Shown piece after piece: positions 1 to 10,328 of a stretch of DNA of 64,000 nt; positions within the stretch are counted from its first letter, which is position 1; the number at the start of each line of letters is the position of its first letter. Location: NCBI GenBank assembly GCA_963751455.1, contig CAVVUN010000015.1, positions 512,001-576,000 of the forward strand. The letters are read 5' to 3'. Both the position numbers and the translations under genes were made by a program. The notes below the pieces were generated by a model, which did no database searches, was not told the DNA's origin, and was given only the letters and a program-made list of their open reading frames with translations. The stretch comes from Nitrospirota bacterium. GTDB lineage: Bacteria > Nitrospirota > UBA9217.

Positions 1-623
1 AAATCAATGGCCCCGGTCTCGAATTTTTCCTTTAGAACAATCTTAATGCCCAGTTTCTGGGCATCTTTTTCCATGGCCTCAGCTCCGGAAGTGCCGAAGG
101 CCGAACTCTCATACAGAAGCGCCATGGTCTTCGGCTTCACAACCTCTCCAAGGAAGGAAACCAGAGCATCTGCATAATGCGCATTGACCTGATTCTGCCG
201 GAAGACGTATTTATAGTTTTGCCGGGTGATATCGTCGTCGGCACTTGCCACGACAAGGTATGGCGTTCTACGCTCCTCGGCAACGGCTGCCACTGCTTTT
301 GCACAGGCCGAAGTATATTCGCCGACGATAATCGGCTGTTTTTTAACATCAATCAGTTTCTCGACGATTGACCGGGCCACTTCCGGCTTGCCGCTGGAGT
401 CCTCAAATGAAAGGACAAGCTTTTTGCCTTTAATGCCGCCCTTGGCATTGATCTCCTCGGCTGCCATTTCATAAGACCGCTTCATGATTTCCCCGAACTT
501 CGCCTGCTTGCCTGTCAGGGGAAGCGGAATTGTCAAATCAAAAGCGCTGTCCGCTGCATATACCGCTACGGCCAACAGACTGAAAACCAGTGAAAAAACA
601 AATAGAACCGCCACACGTTTCAT
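1..623 (-). CDS. Branched-chain amino-acid type (LivJ/K-like) ABC transporter substrate-binding protein, 5' part; runs off the window
   Basis: Manual translation MKRVAVLFVFSLVFSLLAVAVYA|ADSAFDLTIPLPLTGKQAKFG...EEINAKGGIKGKK...ED...; signal peptide; GGAGG RBS upstream of the ATG at 623. Confidence 0.85.
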   Translation of the reverse strand, partial: MKRVAVLFVFSLVFSLLAVAVYAADSAFDLTIPLPLTGKQAKFGEIMKRSYEMAAEEINAKGGIKGKKLVLSFEDSSGKPEVARSIVEKLIDVKKQPIIVGEYTSACAKAVAAVAEERRTPYLVVASADDDITRQNYKYVFRQNQVNAHYADALVSFLGEVVKPKTMALLYESSAFGTSGAEAMEKDAQKLGIKIVLKEKFETGAID

Positions 624-860
624 AATTTCCTCCTTGTACCGAGATTTAATGGACTGTCTGCCCGGCTCGGGAGCCGGACCTTTGAAAGCGGCACCATACA
701 GCATGCAAAGTCAATAGTACCATATTTCGGAACAGTTTGTAGCACCTTCGAGCTTGTACTTAGAATTTTTAGAGTGCTTATATTAGTTGATAAACGTGAC
801 ACTAGTCCAGTTTGGCTTTATATACTCCTTTCGCAATTGAGATTCTAAACAAAGAAACTC

Positions 861-1622
861 TTAAACGGAATTGCCGGTTTTCCATACTGTTCTCGCCTTC
901 ATATATTCACGGTTCAGTTTCGCTATGAACTTGACGCTGATGCCCTTCGGACATACCGCCTCGCATTCATAGTGGTTGCTGCAGTTGCCGAATCCCTGCT
1001 GCAGCATCTCTTCCGTCATGACGCATACCCGCCGGCTGGCTTCGATGCGGCCCTGCGGCAGCATGGCGAGGTGCGATACTTTCGCAGCCGTGTAGAGCAT
1101 GGCCGAGCCGTTCGGGCAGGCCGCAACACAGGCGCCGCATGCGATGCATTCAGCGGCATCCATTGCTGTTTCTGCATCCTGCTTCGGAATCAGCACCGCA
1201 TTGCCGTCCGGCACTCCGCCGGCATGGACGGAGACGTATCCACCCGATTGAATGATGGTATCAAACGCGCTCCTGTCCACGATCAGGTCCTTTATTACCG
1301 GGAAGGCCTTTGCGCGGAATGGCTCGATATAGATCGTATCCCCGTCCTTGAAGTTGCGCATATGGAGCTGGCAAACCGTAGTTTTTTTGCGGGGCCCATG
1401 CGGCACTCCGTTTACAGCCTGGCCGCAGGTGCCGCAGATGCCTTCCCGGCAGTCGCTGTCGAACGAGATCGGATCCTCACCCTTCTTTACCAGGCCCTCG
1501 TTCACCGCGTCCAGCATTTCAAGGAAGGACATGTCCCGTGTAATATCGTTCGCTTCGTACCGGACGAGGCGGCCCTTGTCCTGTTGATTTTTTTGACGCC
1601 AAACGTATAACGTCAGATTCAT
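861..1622 (-). CDS. sdhB: Succinate dehydrogenase/fumarate reductase iron-sulfur subunit
   Basis: [22 protein letters not shown] and [12 protein letters not shown] Fe-S motifs; start MNLTL with GAGG RBS. Confidence 0.95.
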   Translation of the reverse strand: MNLTLYVWRQKNQQDKGRLVRYEANDITRDMSFLEMLDAVNEGLVKKGEDPISFDSDCREGICGTCGQAVNGVPHGPRKKTTVCQLHMRNFKDGDTIYIEPFRAKAFPVIKDLIVDRSAFDTIIQSGGYVSVHAGGVPDGNAVLIPKQDAETAMDAAECIACGACVAACPNGSAMLYTAAKVSHLAMLPQGRIEASRRVCVMTEEMLQQGFGNCSNHYECEAVCPKGISVKFIAKLNREYMKARTVWKTGNSV

Positions 1623-1643
1623 AAACAACCTCTTCAAATCTCC

Positions 1644-1715
1644 TGGACGCAGATTTTCGCAGATGCGCGCAGATTTTTATATTTAATCCGATTTTTCCGC
1701 GTTTATCCGCGTCCA
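1644..1715. repeat. Intergenic inverted-repeat element with tandem CGCAGAT units
   Basis: TGGACGC...GCGTCCA ends; CGCAGAT at 1648/1658/1668 mirrored by degenerate ATCCG(C)/TCCGC units. Confidence 0.75.
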
Positions 1716-1726
1716 AACAAATCTTT

Positions 1727-3640
1727 CTATTTATAGCTTCTGACCGCCGGATGCGCATGCTCGAACTTCAGCGGCTCCTTGTGCAGTTCCGGCTCCTTGC
1801 CGTCGCCCTTGTATTCCCAGGCCGATACATACATGAAATTCTCGTCGTCCCGAACTGCTTCGCCGTCCGGACTCTGATGTTCGACCCGGAAATGACCTCC
1901 GCAAGATTCGTCCCTCTGCAGGGCGTCTTTGGCGAGCAATTCTGAAAATTCGAGAAAATCCGCTACCCGGCCCGCCTTTTCCAGTTCCTGGTTCAGCTCA
2001 GAGCCGCTCCCGGAAACGATAACGTTTTCCCAGAATTCTGCCCGTAGTTCCGGGATCAGCTGCAAGGCCTTCCTCAGGCTTTCCGCGCTCCTGTCCATGC
2101 CGACGTTGTTCCACATTATTTTACCAAGCTCGCGGTGAAACTCGGCGGATGTTTTTCCTCCCTTTATTGAAAGGAGCTTCGCGGCGAAAGCCTTGACTCC
2201 CTCCTGGGACTTTTTGAATTCAGGATGATCGATGGTCACCCCGTTCGGGGCCACCCGGGCAAGGTAATCGGCAATCGTATACGGAATGATGAAGTACCCG
2301 TCGGCAAGTCCCTGCATAAGGGCGCTCGCCCCCAGCCGGTTGGCGCCGTGGTCCGAGAAATTAGCCTCTCCCAGCACAAAGAGCCCCGGAATAGTGCTCT
2401 GGAGATTATAGTCCACCCAGAGCCCTCCCATAGTGTAATGCGGCGCAGGGTAAATGCGCATTGGCTTGACATACGCATTCTCAGCAGTAATGCGTTCGTA
2501 CATTTCAAAAAGGTTTCCGTAGCGCTCGCGGATGGCCTGTTCGCCCGCGAGCGCTATCGCGTCCCGGAAATCAAGATATACTCCGCGGCCGCCGGGACCT
2601 ACCCCCCGCCCGTCATCACATACTTCCTTTGCGGCCCGCGAAGACACGTCGCGCGCTGCGAGGTTGCCGTAAGAGGGATATTTCCGCTCGAGAAAATAGT
2701 CGCGTTCGGCGTCCGGTATGCTGCTCGGTTCCCGCTTGTCGCCCTTGAGCGCGGGCACCCAGACACGGCCGTCATTCCTGAGAGATTCTGACATGAGCGT
2801 CAGTTTTGCCTGGTGTTCGCCGGTCATCGGTATGCAGGTAGGGTGGATTTGCGTAAAGCATGGGTTTGCGAAGGATGCGCCTTTTTTGTAAGCACGGTAT
2901 GTTGCTGTGACGCTTGATCCGATTGAGTTCGTGGTGAGAAAAAAGACGTTCGCGTATCCGCCCGAGCAGAGGCAAATGGCGTCCGCCGCATGGGACCGAA
3001 CAACCCCGGTCACGAGCTCGCGGACCGTGATGCCTTTGGCCTCGCCGTTCACGACCACCAGATCGAGCATTTCTGTCCTGGGGTAAAGCCGTACTCCGCC
3101 CAGTTTCACCTGGCGGAGGAGCGCGCCGTAGGCGCCGAGCAGGAGCTGCTGCCCTGTCTGGCCGCGGGCATAAAACGTGCGCGACACTTGCGCCCCGCCA
3201 AAGGATCGTGTGCCGAGATACCCTGCATAATCGCGCGCGAACGGAACACCCTGGGCCACACACTGGTCGATGATGTTGCTGCTCAGCTGCGCCAGCCGGT
3301 ACACGTTCGCCTCGCGGGAACGGAAGTCCCCGCCTTTTATGGTGTCATGAAAAAGCCGTTCGACGCTGTCGCCGTCGTTCGCGTAGTTCTTTGCTGCGTT
3401 GATCCCGCCTTGTGCCGCGATGCTGTGCGCCCGCCGCGGCGAGTCCTGAAAACAGAAGACGTCGACGTTGTAGCCAAGTTCGGCAAGCGACGCGGCAGCG
3501 GAAGAGCCGGCAAGGCCTGTTCCCACGACGATGATCCTGTACTTCCGTTTGTTCCCGGGAGCGACCAGCTTCATCTCCGCGCGCCGAAGGTCCCATTTCT
3601 CAGCGAGAGGACCTGTTGGTATTTTACCGTCGAGGATCAT
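1727..3640 (-). CDS. sdhA: Succinate dehydrogenase/fumarate reductase flavoprotein subunit
   Basis: [11 protein letters not shown] motif, [12 protein letters not shown] covalent-FAD His motif, HYTMGG, HGANRLG; start placed at MILDGK. Confidence 0.95.
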   Translation of the reverse strand: MILDGKIPTGPLAEKWDLRRAEMKLVAPGNKRKYRIIVVGTGLAGSSAAASLAELGYNVDVFCFQDSPRRAHSIAAQGGINAAKNYANDGDSVERLFHDTIKGGDFRSREANVYRLAQLSSNIIDQCVAQGVPFARDYAGYLGTRSFGGAQVSRTFYARGQTGQQLLLGAYGALLRQVKLGGVRLYPRTEMLDLVVVNGEAKGITVRELVTGVVRSHAADAICLCSGGYANVFFLTTNSIGSSVTATYRAYKKGASFANPCFTQIHPTCIPMTGEHQAKLTLMSESLRNDGRVWVPALKGDKREPSSIPDAERDYFLERKYPSYGNLAARDVSSRAAKEVCDDGRGVGPGGRGVYLDFRDAIALAGEQAIRERYGNLFEMYERITAENAYVKPMRIYPAPHYTMGGLWVDYNLQSTIPGLFVLGEANFSDHGANRLGASALMQGLADGYFIIPYTIADYLARVAPNGVTIDHPEFKKSQEGVKAFAAKLLSIKGGKTSAEFHRELGKIMWNNVGMDRSAESLRKALQLIPELRAEFWENVIVSGSGSELNQELEKAGRVADFLEFSELLAKDALQRDESCGGHFRVEHQSPDGEAVRDDENFMYVSAWEYKGDGKEPELHKEPLKFEHAHPAVRSYK

Positions 3641-3658
3641 AATTAAAACCTCAAATCG

Positions 3659-3752
3659 TCTCGCACAAAGCCGCAAAGTCGCCATGGGAAGGCTGCAGGT
3701 TCAAAGTCTTTTAAAGAAATTTCCCGGCTTTTCTTTGCGTCTTTGCGCGAAA
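3659..3752. repeat. Intergenic inverted-repeat element with tandem CGCAAAG units
   Basis: TCTCGCACAAAGCCGCAAAG...CTTTGCGTCTTTGCGCGAAA; same family as 17788 and 22772. Confidence 0.8.
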
Positions 3753-3764
3753 ATAAGATCTTCA

Positions 3765-4466
3765 TTATTTAAATATTCCAGCGAATATCGTCACCGGTAT
3801 CGCCGCGTACCCGAGAAACAGGATGACCGATGCAGCCATCCCAATCTTGACCACAACCGGGAGCGTTCGGTCGTTGTTCAATCCCAGTGTCTGCACCGAA
3901 CTCTCTATTCCGTGGAACAAATGCATTCCAAGAGAAAGAACTCCAATCACGTACAGTGCTGCGGTTCCGGCATGCTCGAAACTTTCCACAACCATCGTGA
4001 AAACATCCGGGCGGCCGAGCAGGTCAGGATGCCGGATGGCCGAAAGATCAGGATTAATGACCTGGAACGTGAAGTGCAGGAGATGATAAATGATGAAAGC
4101 CTCGATTATAAATCCGGTCCAGATCATGGTCCGGCCCGCAAACGATGCGGTCCGGTAACGGGTCATTGCATAGTCGTCCGGCTTCGCTTTTCGGTTTTCG
4201 AGTTTGAGGAGGATACCGTACCAGGTATGCAGGATCACGGAAAGAAACAGGATAGTCCGCGATGACCAGAGCACGACGGTGTACGGCCAGTGCCGGAGCC
4301 CTTCAGCATAGGCATTGATTGCGCCGGCAAAAATGGTATAGTTGCCGATAACATGAGCGATAACGTAAACGATCATGAACAGGCCGGTTACGGCCATCAC
4401 GATTTTTCGTCCGACTGTGGAAGTGGGGAAAAGCATATTGTGTTTCCTTAATTCGGCATAGCGCAT
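3765..4466 (-). CDS. sdhC: Succinate dehydrogenase cytochrome b558 subunit
   Basis: STVGRKIVMAVTGL N-terminus, about 5 hydrophobic helices, several His residues (AHVIGN, LHTWYG, YHLLHF, MHLFHG); upstream of sdhAB. Confidence 0.9.
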   Translation of the reverse strand: MRYAELRKHNMLFPTSTVGRKIVMAVTGLFMIVYVIAHVIGNYTIFAGAINAYAEGLRHWPYTVVLWSSRTILFLSVILHTWYGILLKLENRKAKPDDYAMTRYRTASFAGRTMIWTGFIIEAFIIYHLLHFTFQVINPDLSAIRHPDLLGRPDVFTMVVESFEHAGTAALYVIGVLSLGMHLFHGIESSVQTLGLNNDRTLPVVVKIGMAASVILFLGYAAIPVTIFAGIFK

Positions 4467-4530
4467 AGAGCATGGCGCATGGTAAAAGAAGCTCTTAGCT
4501 TTCTGCCCTTTGCGCTCTGCCCTATGCGCC
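4455..4530. repeat. 7-mer tandem inverted-repeat element between fumC and sdhC
   Basis: GGCATAG CGCATAG AGCATGG CGCATGG mirrored by TCTGCC CTTTGCG CTCTGCC CTATGCG. Confidence 0.7.
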
Positions 4531-4531
4531 T

Positions 4532-5914
4532 TTATTCTCCCCGCGTCAGCTTCGCCGGGTCGAGCAGCCTGTCCAGTTCCGCCTTTGACAGGTCCGTCAT
4601 CTCCGCAGCTACATCTTTCAGAGACCTGCCCTCTGCATAAGCTTTTTTTGCAACCGCTGCCGCCTTATCATAGCCGATGACCGGATTCAACGCAGTGACG
4701 AGTATGGGGTTTTTATTAAGAAGTTCTCCGATCCGTTCCTGGTTCACGGTAAAACCGGCGATCGCTTTATCAGCGAGCAAGCGGGATGCATTTGAGAGAA
4801 TCGAAACGGATTGAAGCAGGTTATGGGCGATGACGGGCAGCATCACGTTCAGCTGGAAATTTCCCTGCTGGTTCCCGATCGTGATCGCAGCGTCGTTGCC
4901 CGTTACCTGGGCGCAGACCATCATCATGACCTCGCACATTACCGGGTTTACCTTGCCGGGCATGATGCTGGAGCCCGGTTGGAGCGTGGGCAGGGATATC
5001 TCGCCGAGGCCGGCAATGGGTCCGCTGTTCATCCACCTGAGGTCGTTCGCGATCTTCATAAACGTCGATGCCGCTGTTTTCAGCTGGCCGGAGAGCTCGA
5101 CTGCCGTGTCCATGCAGGCCTGTGCCGCGAAATGATTGTCTGTTTCGCTGAAAGGGAGACTTGTGCGGCCCGCGAGTCTCATCGCCACGAGCTTGCCGAA
5201 ATCCCGCGGGGCGTTGACGCCGGTGCCGACGGCTGTGCCGCCGATTGCCAGTTTTGCGAGACGGGGCAACGTTGATTCAATACGCTCGATGCTCTGCGCA
5301 ACATGGAATGCCCACGCGCCTATCTCCTGCCCGAGAGTGACCGGCATGGCGTCCATGAGATGCGTCCTTCCGGTCTTGACGATATCACGGCAATCCGTTT
5401 CGCGCCTCTTCAGGGTGTCATGAAGGCGCTTGAAGGCGGGAAGAAGAGTTAGATGTACCTCGCTATATGCGCTCACGTGGATGGCAGCCGGGATCACGTC
5501 ATTCGAAGACTGGCCCATGTTTACGTGATCATTGGGGTGGACCGGATTGTTCGGATTATCGAGGATTTGCACGGCCCGGTGCGCTATCACTTCATTCGCA
5601 TTCATGTTAGTTGAAGTTCCGGATCCGGTCTGGAAGATATCGAGAGAAAACTCCGCATCCCATTTGCCATCCGCGACTTCGAGCGCGGCCTGGTGCACCG
5701 CGTTCGCAATGACGGCATCAAGCAGCCCGAGCCCCGCGTTTACTTCGGCGGCAACGGCCTTGATAAGCCCGAGCGAGCGGATAAAGGGACGCGGAAAACG
5801 AAGGCCGCTGACCGGAAAGTTATCAATTGCCCGCTGGGTCTGCGCGCCGTACAGCGCTCCTGCGGGGACCTTGATTTCACCGAGCGAGTCTTTTTCAATG
5901 CGATAATCAGACAT
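4532..5914 (-). CDS. fumC: Class II fumarate hydratase
   Basis: FQTGSGTSTNMN, KTGRTHLMDA and GSSIMPGKVNP signatures. Confidence 0.95.
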   Translation of the reverse strand: MSDYRIEKDSLGEIKVPAGALYGAQTQRAIDNFPVSGLRFPRPFIRSLGLIKAVAAEVNAGLGLLDAVIANAVHQAALEVADGKWDAEFSLDIFQTGSGTSTNMNANEVIAHRAVQILDNPNNPVHPNDHVNMGQSSNDVIPAAIHVSAYSEVHLTLLPAFKRLHDTLKRRETDCRDIVKTGRTHLMDAMPVTLGQEIGAWAFHVAQSIERIESTLPRLAKLAIGGTAVGTGVNAPRDFGKLVAMRLAGRTSLPFSETDNHFAAQACMDTAVELSGQLKTAASTFMKIANDLRWMNSGPIAGLGEISLPTLQPGSSIMPGKVNPVMCEVMMMVCAQVTGNDAAITIGNQQGNFQLNVMLPVIAHNLLQSVSILSNASRLLADKAIAGFTVNQERIGELLNKNPILVTALNPVIGYDKAAAVAKKAYAEGRSLKDVAAEMTDLSKAELDRLLDPAKLTRGE

Positions 5915-6230
5915 ATTGTGCGAATAGAAACGGAAGAGCGGAGCCGGCCGAAAAGTTTGAGTTCATTGCCTGGCGGGATCGAAGAATTCCCCGCTTGCTG
6001 CAGTGAATCTTCAGTATGGCTAAATTATACCCGCTCTTTTTGTATTTTGCATTCTTTTTTTTCAGGCGGATGGGGCCCTTATCGGGACCTTTTTTCAGTC
6101 AACTTCCATTGACCGTAGCCGGAATTGACTCTATAATAAAGTAGGATATTCTGGAAGTGTCAGCTGCGACCGCGTCACTTCGGCCGCAAACGGCATCGGC
6201 GGCAAACCTGCAAACCGTTACGGAGATTTT

Positions 6231-7652
6231 ATGGAAACGAGCCCAAGAAAAAACGTGTGTAATCCCAGCCCGAGCTACAGCATTACGATCCGGATCCAAA
6301 TCGAGAACAGGATAGGCATGTTCGCAAAGATCGCGACGGCCATAGGCAGCGCCGGGGGGGATATGGGCGCAGTTGACATTGTTCGCGTGGAGAAGGGCAA
6401 GATCGTCAGGGACATTACGGCAAATGCCCGCGACGAAGAGCATGAGAAGCATATTGTGCGGGCAATCAAAACGATAGCAGGCATCAAAGTGCTTCGCGTC
6501 GCCGACCGCACCTTTACCGCACACGAGGGCGGAAAAATAGAGATGAGGAGCAAACTTCCGGTGAAGGACAGCACAGACCTCTCGAAGGTATATACGCCGG
6601 GCGTCGCACGGGTCTGCATGGACATTCACGAAAACAAGCAGCATGCTTACCGTTATACGATAAAGGGAAATACGATCGCGGTTGTGTCCGACGGCACCGC
6701 CGTTCTCGGCTTGGGCGACATCGGCCCCGAGGCCGCGCTTCCCGTTATGGAGGGCAAGGCGATGATCTTCAAGGAGTTTGCCGGGATCGACGCCTTTCCT
6801 CTTGTTCTTTCAACGAAGGACCCGGAAGAAATCGTCGCCGCGGTCAAGGCGATAGCGACGGGATTCGGCGGGATCAATCTTGAAGACATCTCTGCGCCGC
6901 GCTGCTTTGAAGTGGAGAAGCGCCTCAGGAAAATCCTCGATATACCCGTGTTCCATGACGATCAGCACGGGACGGCGGTCGTGGTCCTCGCCGCGCTCAC
7001 GAATGTCTCACGGCTCCTTAAACGCGATCTAAAAAAGTTCAAGGTCGCGGTTATCGGGGCGGGCGCGGCCGGCTCCGCAATATCCCGGATCCTGCTGTCA
7101 GCAGGAGTACGAGACCTTATTGTGTGCGATCGATCCGGCACTCTCTGCGCCGGGACAAGGCAGAAAGACCCGTACAAGCGTGAACTCGCGAAGCTGACCA
7201 ATCCGCGCAAAGTGCGGGGAACGATCGCGGACGCGATGAAGGGGGCTGATGTTGTCATCGGGGTATCGGGGCCCAATGTCATCACCGGTGATGACATCCG
7301 GAGGATGGCCAAGGACCCAGTAGTCTTCGCCCTCGCCAATCCAAATGCCGAAATCGCTCCCGAGGAAGCTCTCCCGCTGGTCCGCATCATGGCAACGGGC
7401 AGATCGGATTATCCGAACCAGATCAATAATATGCTCTGTTTTCCCGGCCTGTTCCGGGGCCTCCTCGATGTGAGGGCCAGGGGAGTGAATGAAGCGGTGA
7501 AATTGGCGGCTGCCTACGCGATTGCGTACGGCGTTGAAGACGATGAACTCCACGAAGACTATATTATACCGAGCATCTTTGACCGGAACGTGGTTGCATC
7601 CGTCTCGGCTGCGGTTTCGGAAGCCGCAAGAAAGACCGGACTGGCGAGATGA
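6231..7652 (+). CDS. NAD(P)-dependent malic enzyme with N-terminal ACT domain
   Basis: YTPGVA, DGTAVLGLGDIGPEA, INLEDI, FHDDQHGT, GAGAAG, TGRSDYPNQINN; ACT-like first ~85 aa. Confidence 0.93.
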   Translation: METSPRKNVCNPSPSYSITIRIQIENRIGMFAKIATAIGSAGGDMGAVDIVRVEKGKIVRDITANARDEEHEKHIVRAIKTIAGIKVLRVADRTFTAHEGGKIEMRSKLPVKDSTDLSKVYTPGVARVCMDIHENKQHAYRYTIKGNTIAVVSDGTAVLGLGDIGPEAALPVMEGKAMIFKEFAGIDAFPLVLSTKDPEEIVAAVKAIATGFGGINLEDISAPRCFEVEKRLRKILDIPVFHDDQHGTAVVVLAALTNVSRLLKRDLKKFKVAVIGAGAAGSAISRILLSAGVRDLIVCDRSGTLCAGTRQKDPYKRELAKLTNPRKVRGTIADAMKGADVVIGVSGPNVITGDDIRRMAKDPVVFALANPNAEIAPEEALPLVRIMATGRSDYPNQINNMLCFPGLFRGLLDVRARGVNEAVKLAAAYAIAYGVEDDELHEDYIIPSIFDRNVVASVSAAVSEAARKTGLAR

Positions 7653-7666
7653 AAAAACAATGCCCC

Positions 7667-7780
7667 AGTGACACAGGGTCAAAGTGCCGAAGGGGCAAAG
7701 ATCAGTTTCAGAGGGTCACAGGAAATAGCTGCTATGCTATGAATAGAGCCCTTACTCTGACACTATGACACTTTGATACT
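7667..7780. repeat. 8-mer tandem inverted-repeat element between malic enzyme and gdh
   Basis: AGTGACAC AGGGTCAA AGTGCCGA AGGGGCAA mirrored by CTGACACT ATGACACT TTGATACT. Confidence 0.65.
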
Positions 7781-7837
7781 TATTCGTCTCTACTCTGCAA
7801 CTCTGATATTTATATTCTGACTCCCCATGAGGTTCCC

Positions 7838-9106
7838 ATGACCCGCATCCACGAGCGGCTCCACAGGGATGAAAAAGACCTTCGCGGCATAGCGATGAGC
7901 GAGCTGCAGGTGGTCTATGCGGACCTCGGACTATCCAAAGAAGAGCTGGAAATCCTCTCCGTTCCCCGCAGGTCCTTTACTGTCAGCTTCCCTGTCAAGA
8001 TGAGGGACAAAACACGGATGTTCACGGGCTACCGCGTTCAGTACAATGATGCGAGGGGCCCGGCCAAGGGCGGAATCCGGTTCCATCCGGAAATCGACGA
8101 GGAACATGCCGGCCAACTGGCCCTGCTCATGGCGCTCAAATGCGCGGTCGCAAACATACCATTCGGCGGCGCTAAAGGGGGGGTTGCCGTTGACCCGGCG
8201 ACGCTCAGCCGCGAGGAACTCGAGCTTGTAACCCGGGGTTATATCCGCGCTATAGCCGACTTCATCGGGCCGTTCAAAGACATCCCGGCCCCGGACGTGT
8301 ATACCGACGAGCAGATCATGGCGTGGATACTTGATGAATATGAACGCATAAAGCGGGAGCATGTGCCAGCAATCGTAACGGGCAAGCCGCCGGAGCTCGG
8401 CGGTATTGCGGCGCGACGATATTCGACCGCGCTTGGCGGAGCGCATGTTCTTGAACAAGCCATGAAAGAACACGGAATGGCCGCGGAAGGAGTGCGCATT
8501 GCCGTGCAGGGCTTCGGCAACGTCGGGGAGAACGTGGCCAGGATTCTCCATGATCTCGGCTACCGGATTGTGGCAGTAAGCGATGTGAACGCCGGTCTTT
8601 ATAATCCAAAAGGCATCGACATCCCTGCTCTCCGGCGGCACAGGCAAGAAGCAGGCAGGCTTGACGGTTTCCCGGGTGCAGACCGGATCTCGAACCAGGA
8701 ACTTTTGACCTGCGATTGTGACATCCTTGTCCCTGCCGCCCTGTCGAACCAGGTGAACGAACGCAACGCGGCCGATGTAAAAGCGAAAATAATCCTCGAA
8801 CTTGCCAATGCACCGACCGCTCCCGCTGCCGATGAAATTTTGTTCGACAGGAACGTAATGGTCGTGCCTGATATTCTTGCTAATGCAGGCGGTGTCGTAG
8901 TGAGCTATTTCGAATGGAGTCAGAATCTCAGCAACGACTACTGGCCGGAAGTGAAGGTGCTCGACAAGTTGAGAGAAACGATGATAACCGCCTTCAACGA
9001 TGTCCATGCGTACTGCAAAGAGACCAAATGTCGTCTGAGAAAGGCTTCCTACCAGCTCGCGATAAAAAGAATATTACATGCCGAACGTCTCCGTGGAAAT
9101 CTCTGA
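7838..9106 (+). CDS. gdhA: Glu/Leu/Phe/Val dehydrogenase (glutamate dehydrogenase family)
   Basis: GPAKGGIRFHP, PFGGAKGG, DIPAPD, VQGFGNVG, NAGGVVVSYFEW. Confidence 0.9.
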   Translation: MTRIHERLHRDEKDLRGIAMSELQVVYADLGLSKEELEILSVPRRSFTVSFPVKMRDKTRMFTGYRVQYNDARGPAKGGIRFHPEIDEEHAGQLALLMALKCAVANIPFGGAKGGVAVDPATLSREELELVTRGYIRAIADFIGPFKDIPAPDVYTDEQIMAWILDEYERIKREHVPAIVTGKPPELGGIAARRYSTALGGAHVLEQAMKEHGMAAEGVRIAVQGFGNVGENVARILHDLGYRIVAVSDVNAGLYNPKGIDIPALRRHRQEAGRLDGFPGADRISNQELLTCDCDILVPAALSNQVNERNAADVKAKIILELANAPTAPAADEILFDRNVMVVPDILANAGGVVVSYFEWSQNLSNDYWPEVKVLDKLRETMITAFNDVHAYCKETKCRLRKASYQLAIKRILHAERLRGNL

Positions 9107-9459
9107 CGGGTCTTTCGTCTGAAAAACAGCCTTCCTGAAAACATCCTAACCCCTCGTACTTGAGTACTCCGGTTGCTTGCCCGAACCTCGTCGCCGGTCA
9201 CAGCAAAGTGCTTTCGCGTGAGTCCACGTTGTCCGATCACTTTTATCGTATTACTAATTCCGCTGCAGAAATATGGATGCCCAAGTCTGCCGAGCTTCTT
9301 TTGAAGATGTATGAACGCCAAAGTCTCAAAATTTGTGCGTTTCCGCCTCATTACGGGACAGATGCTATAATTTATAATAAAATAAAAAAATTAATTGAAG
9401 AGCCTCTCAGCTATCCAAATCAGGCCGCCAACGCCGAGGGCGTCCGGGCAGGAGGTGCC

Positions 9460-9807
9460 ATGGAAGATCATCTGAACAGCAAAGGTATCTGCAGCGTCTG
9501 CAAAGAGGGATTGACGACGATCCATGCGGAAGTGGCGCCGGGCAGTTTTGTCTTTGTATGCGAGAAGTGTCTTGAGACGGCCAAGCAGAACTTCATATGG
9601 ATCTGCATTCACTGCGGGAAAGTATACATCAGGCCTAAAGCGACGGTGCTTAGGAGGCTGAACGACCCCGGCTTAAAAAAGGCTTACTATCTGTGTGAAG
9701 ACCTGCAGATCATTCAGGGAATCGATTACTGCGTGGAATGTGCACCCGAAGAAATCATGGCTATCATGGCAACTGCAAAGAGTCAAAAGAATGGGGGTCA
9801 TTGCTGA
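9460..9807 (+). CDS. Cys-rich hypothetical protein (four CxxC motifs; probable Zn binding), 115 aa
   Basis: GGAGGT RBS before ATG 9460; CSVC, CEKC, CIHC, CVEC. Confidence 0.75.
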   Translation: MEDHLNSKGICSVCKEGLTTIHAEVAPGSFVFVCEKCLETAKQNFIWICIHCGKVYIRPKATVLRRLNDPGLKKAYYLCEDLQIIQGIDYCVECAPEEIMAIMATAKSQKNGGHC

Positions 9808-9843
9808 TGTTTCGGGCGTCATCTCAACAAGAAAGCGCAGGTA

Positions 9844-10290
9844 ATGGCTATGACAAAGGAATTGCACGAAGAGTTTAACAGGAAAGTCGAGGGCTATCGC
9901 AGGGACCTTCTCACCTTTGCCAAAAAAAGCGAATGGGATTCCTTCAAGGCCAAGGCGGGAAGGTTGTTCGATTACGTCGAGAGCATCGAGTTTTCCGAGC
10001 TGGAGAAAAGATTTTTTAAGGTTTTTTACAGCATTCTCGCAGTGCTGGGACTGGCGTGCATCATGCTTTTCGGTTTTGACTTCGGCCTGAAACCGGAATT
10101 TGCCAGGCTAAAGATTGCCTTTGTTTTTTCCGCACTTGCGGGCAGCACCTTTGAACTATATTTCTTTCTTAATTTCAGGGCTTATATGGACATCAAGATG
10201 TCTTATTATAAACAGCGGAGAGAGAACTTTATCAGAGACATCCAGCGTGACTTTACCGAATATACCCGTACGCCGGACGTGCCTGAATAA
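9844..10290 (+). CDS. Hypothetical membrane protein with two central TM segments
   Basis: 148-aa ORF; hydrophobic stretches VFYSILAVLGLACIMLFGF and IAFVFSALAGSTFELYFFL between charged helices. Confidence 0.7.
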   Translation: MAMTKELHEEFNRKVEGYRRDLLTFAKKSEWDSFKAKAGRLFDYVESIEFSELEKRFFKVFYSILAVLGLACIMLFGFDFGLKPEFARLKIAFVFSALAGSTFELYFFLNFRAYMDIKMSYYKQRRENFIRDIQRDFTEYTRTPDVPE

Positions 10291-10328
10291 GGCCGGAAAG
10301 TTTTTTTGCCCCACTTATAGTACCTTAA

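Noticed and set aside
7931-9007. 358-aa antisense ORF opposite gdh, and similar long shadow ORFs (17972-18979, 20487-21509, 23485-24780, 34197-35117, 61956-63023)
   Set aside because: They overlap well-supported genes, lack motifs, and are expected from codon bias in GC-rich DNA.
9160-9459. N-terminal extension of the Cys-rich ORF, or a c-di-GMP riboswitch in this gap
   Set aside because: A strong RBS supports ATG 9460, the extension crosses an AT-rich promoter-like tract, and the GCAAA/GAAA pieces do not form the GEMM arrangement.
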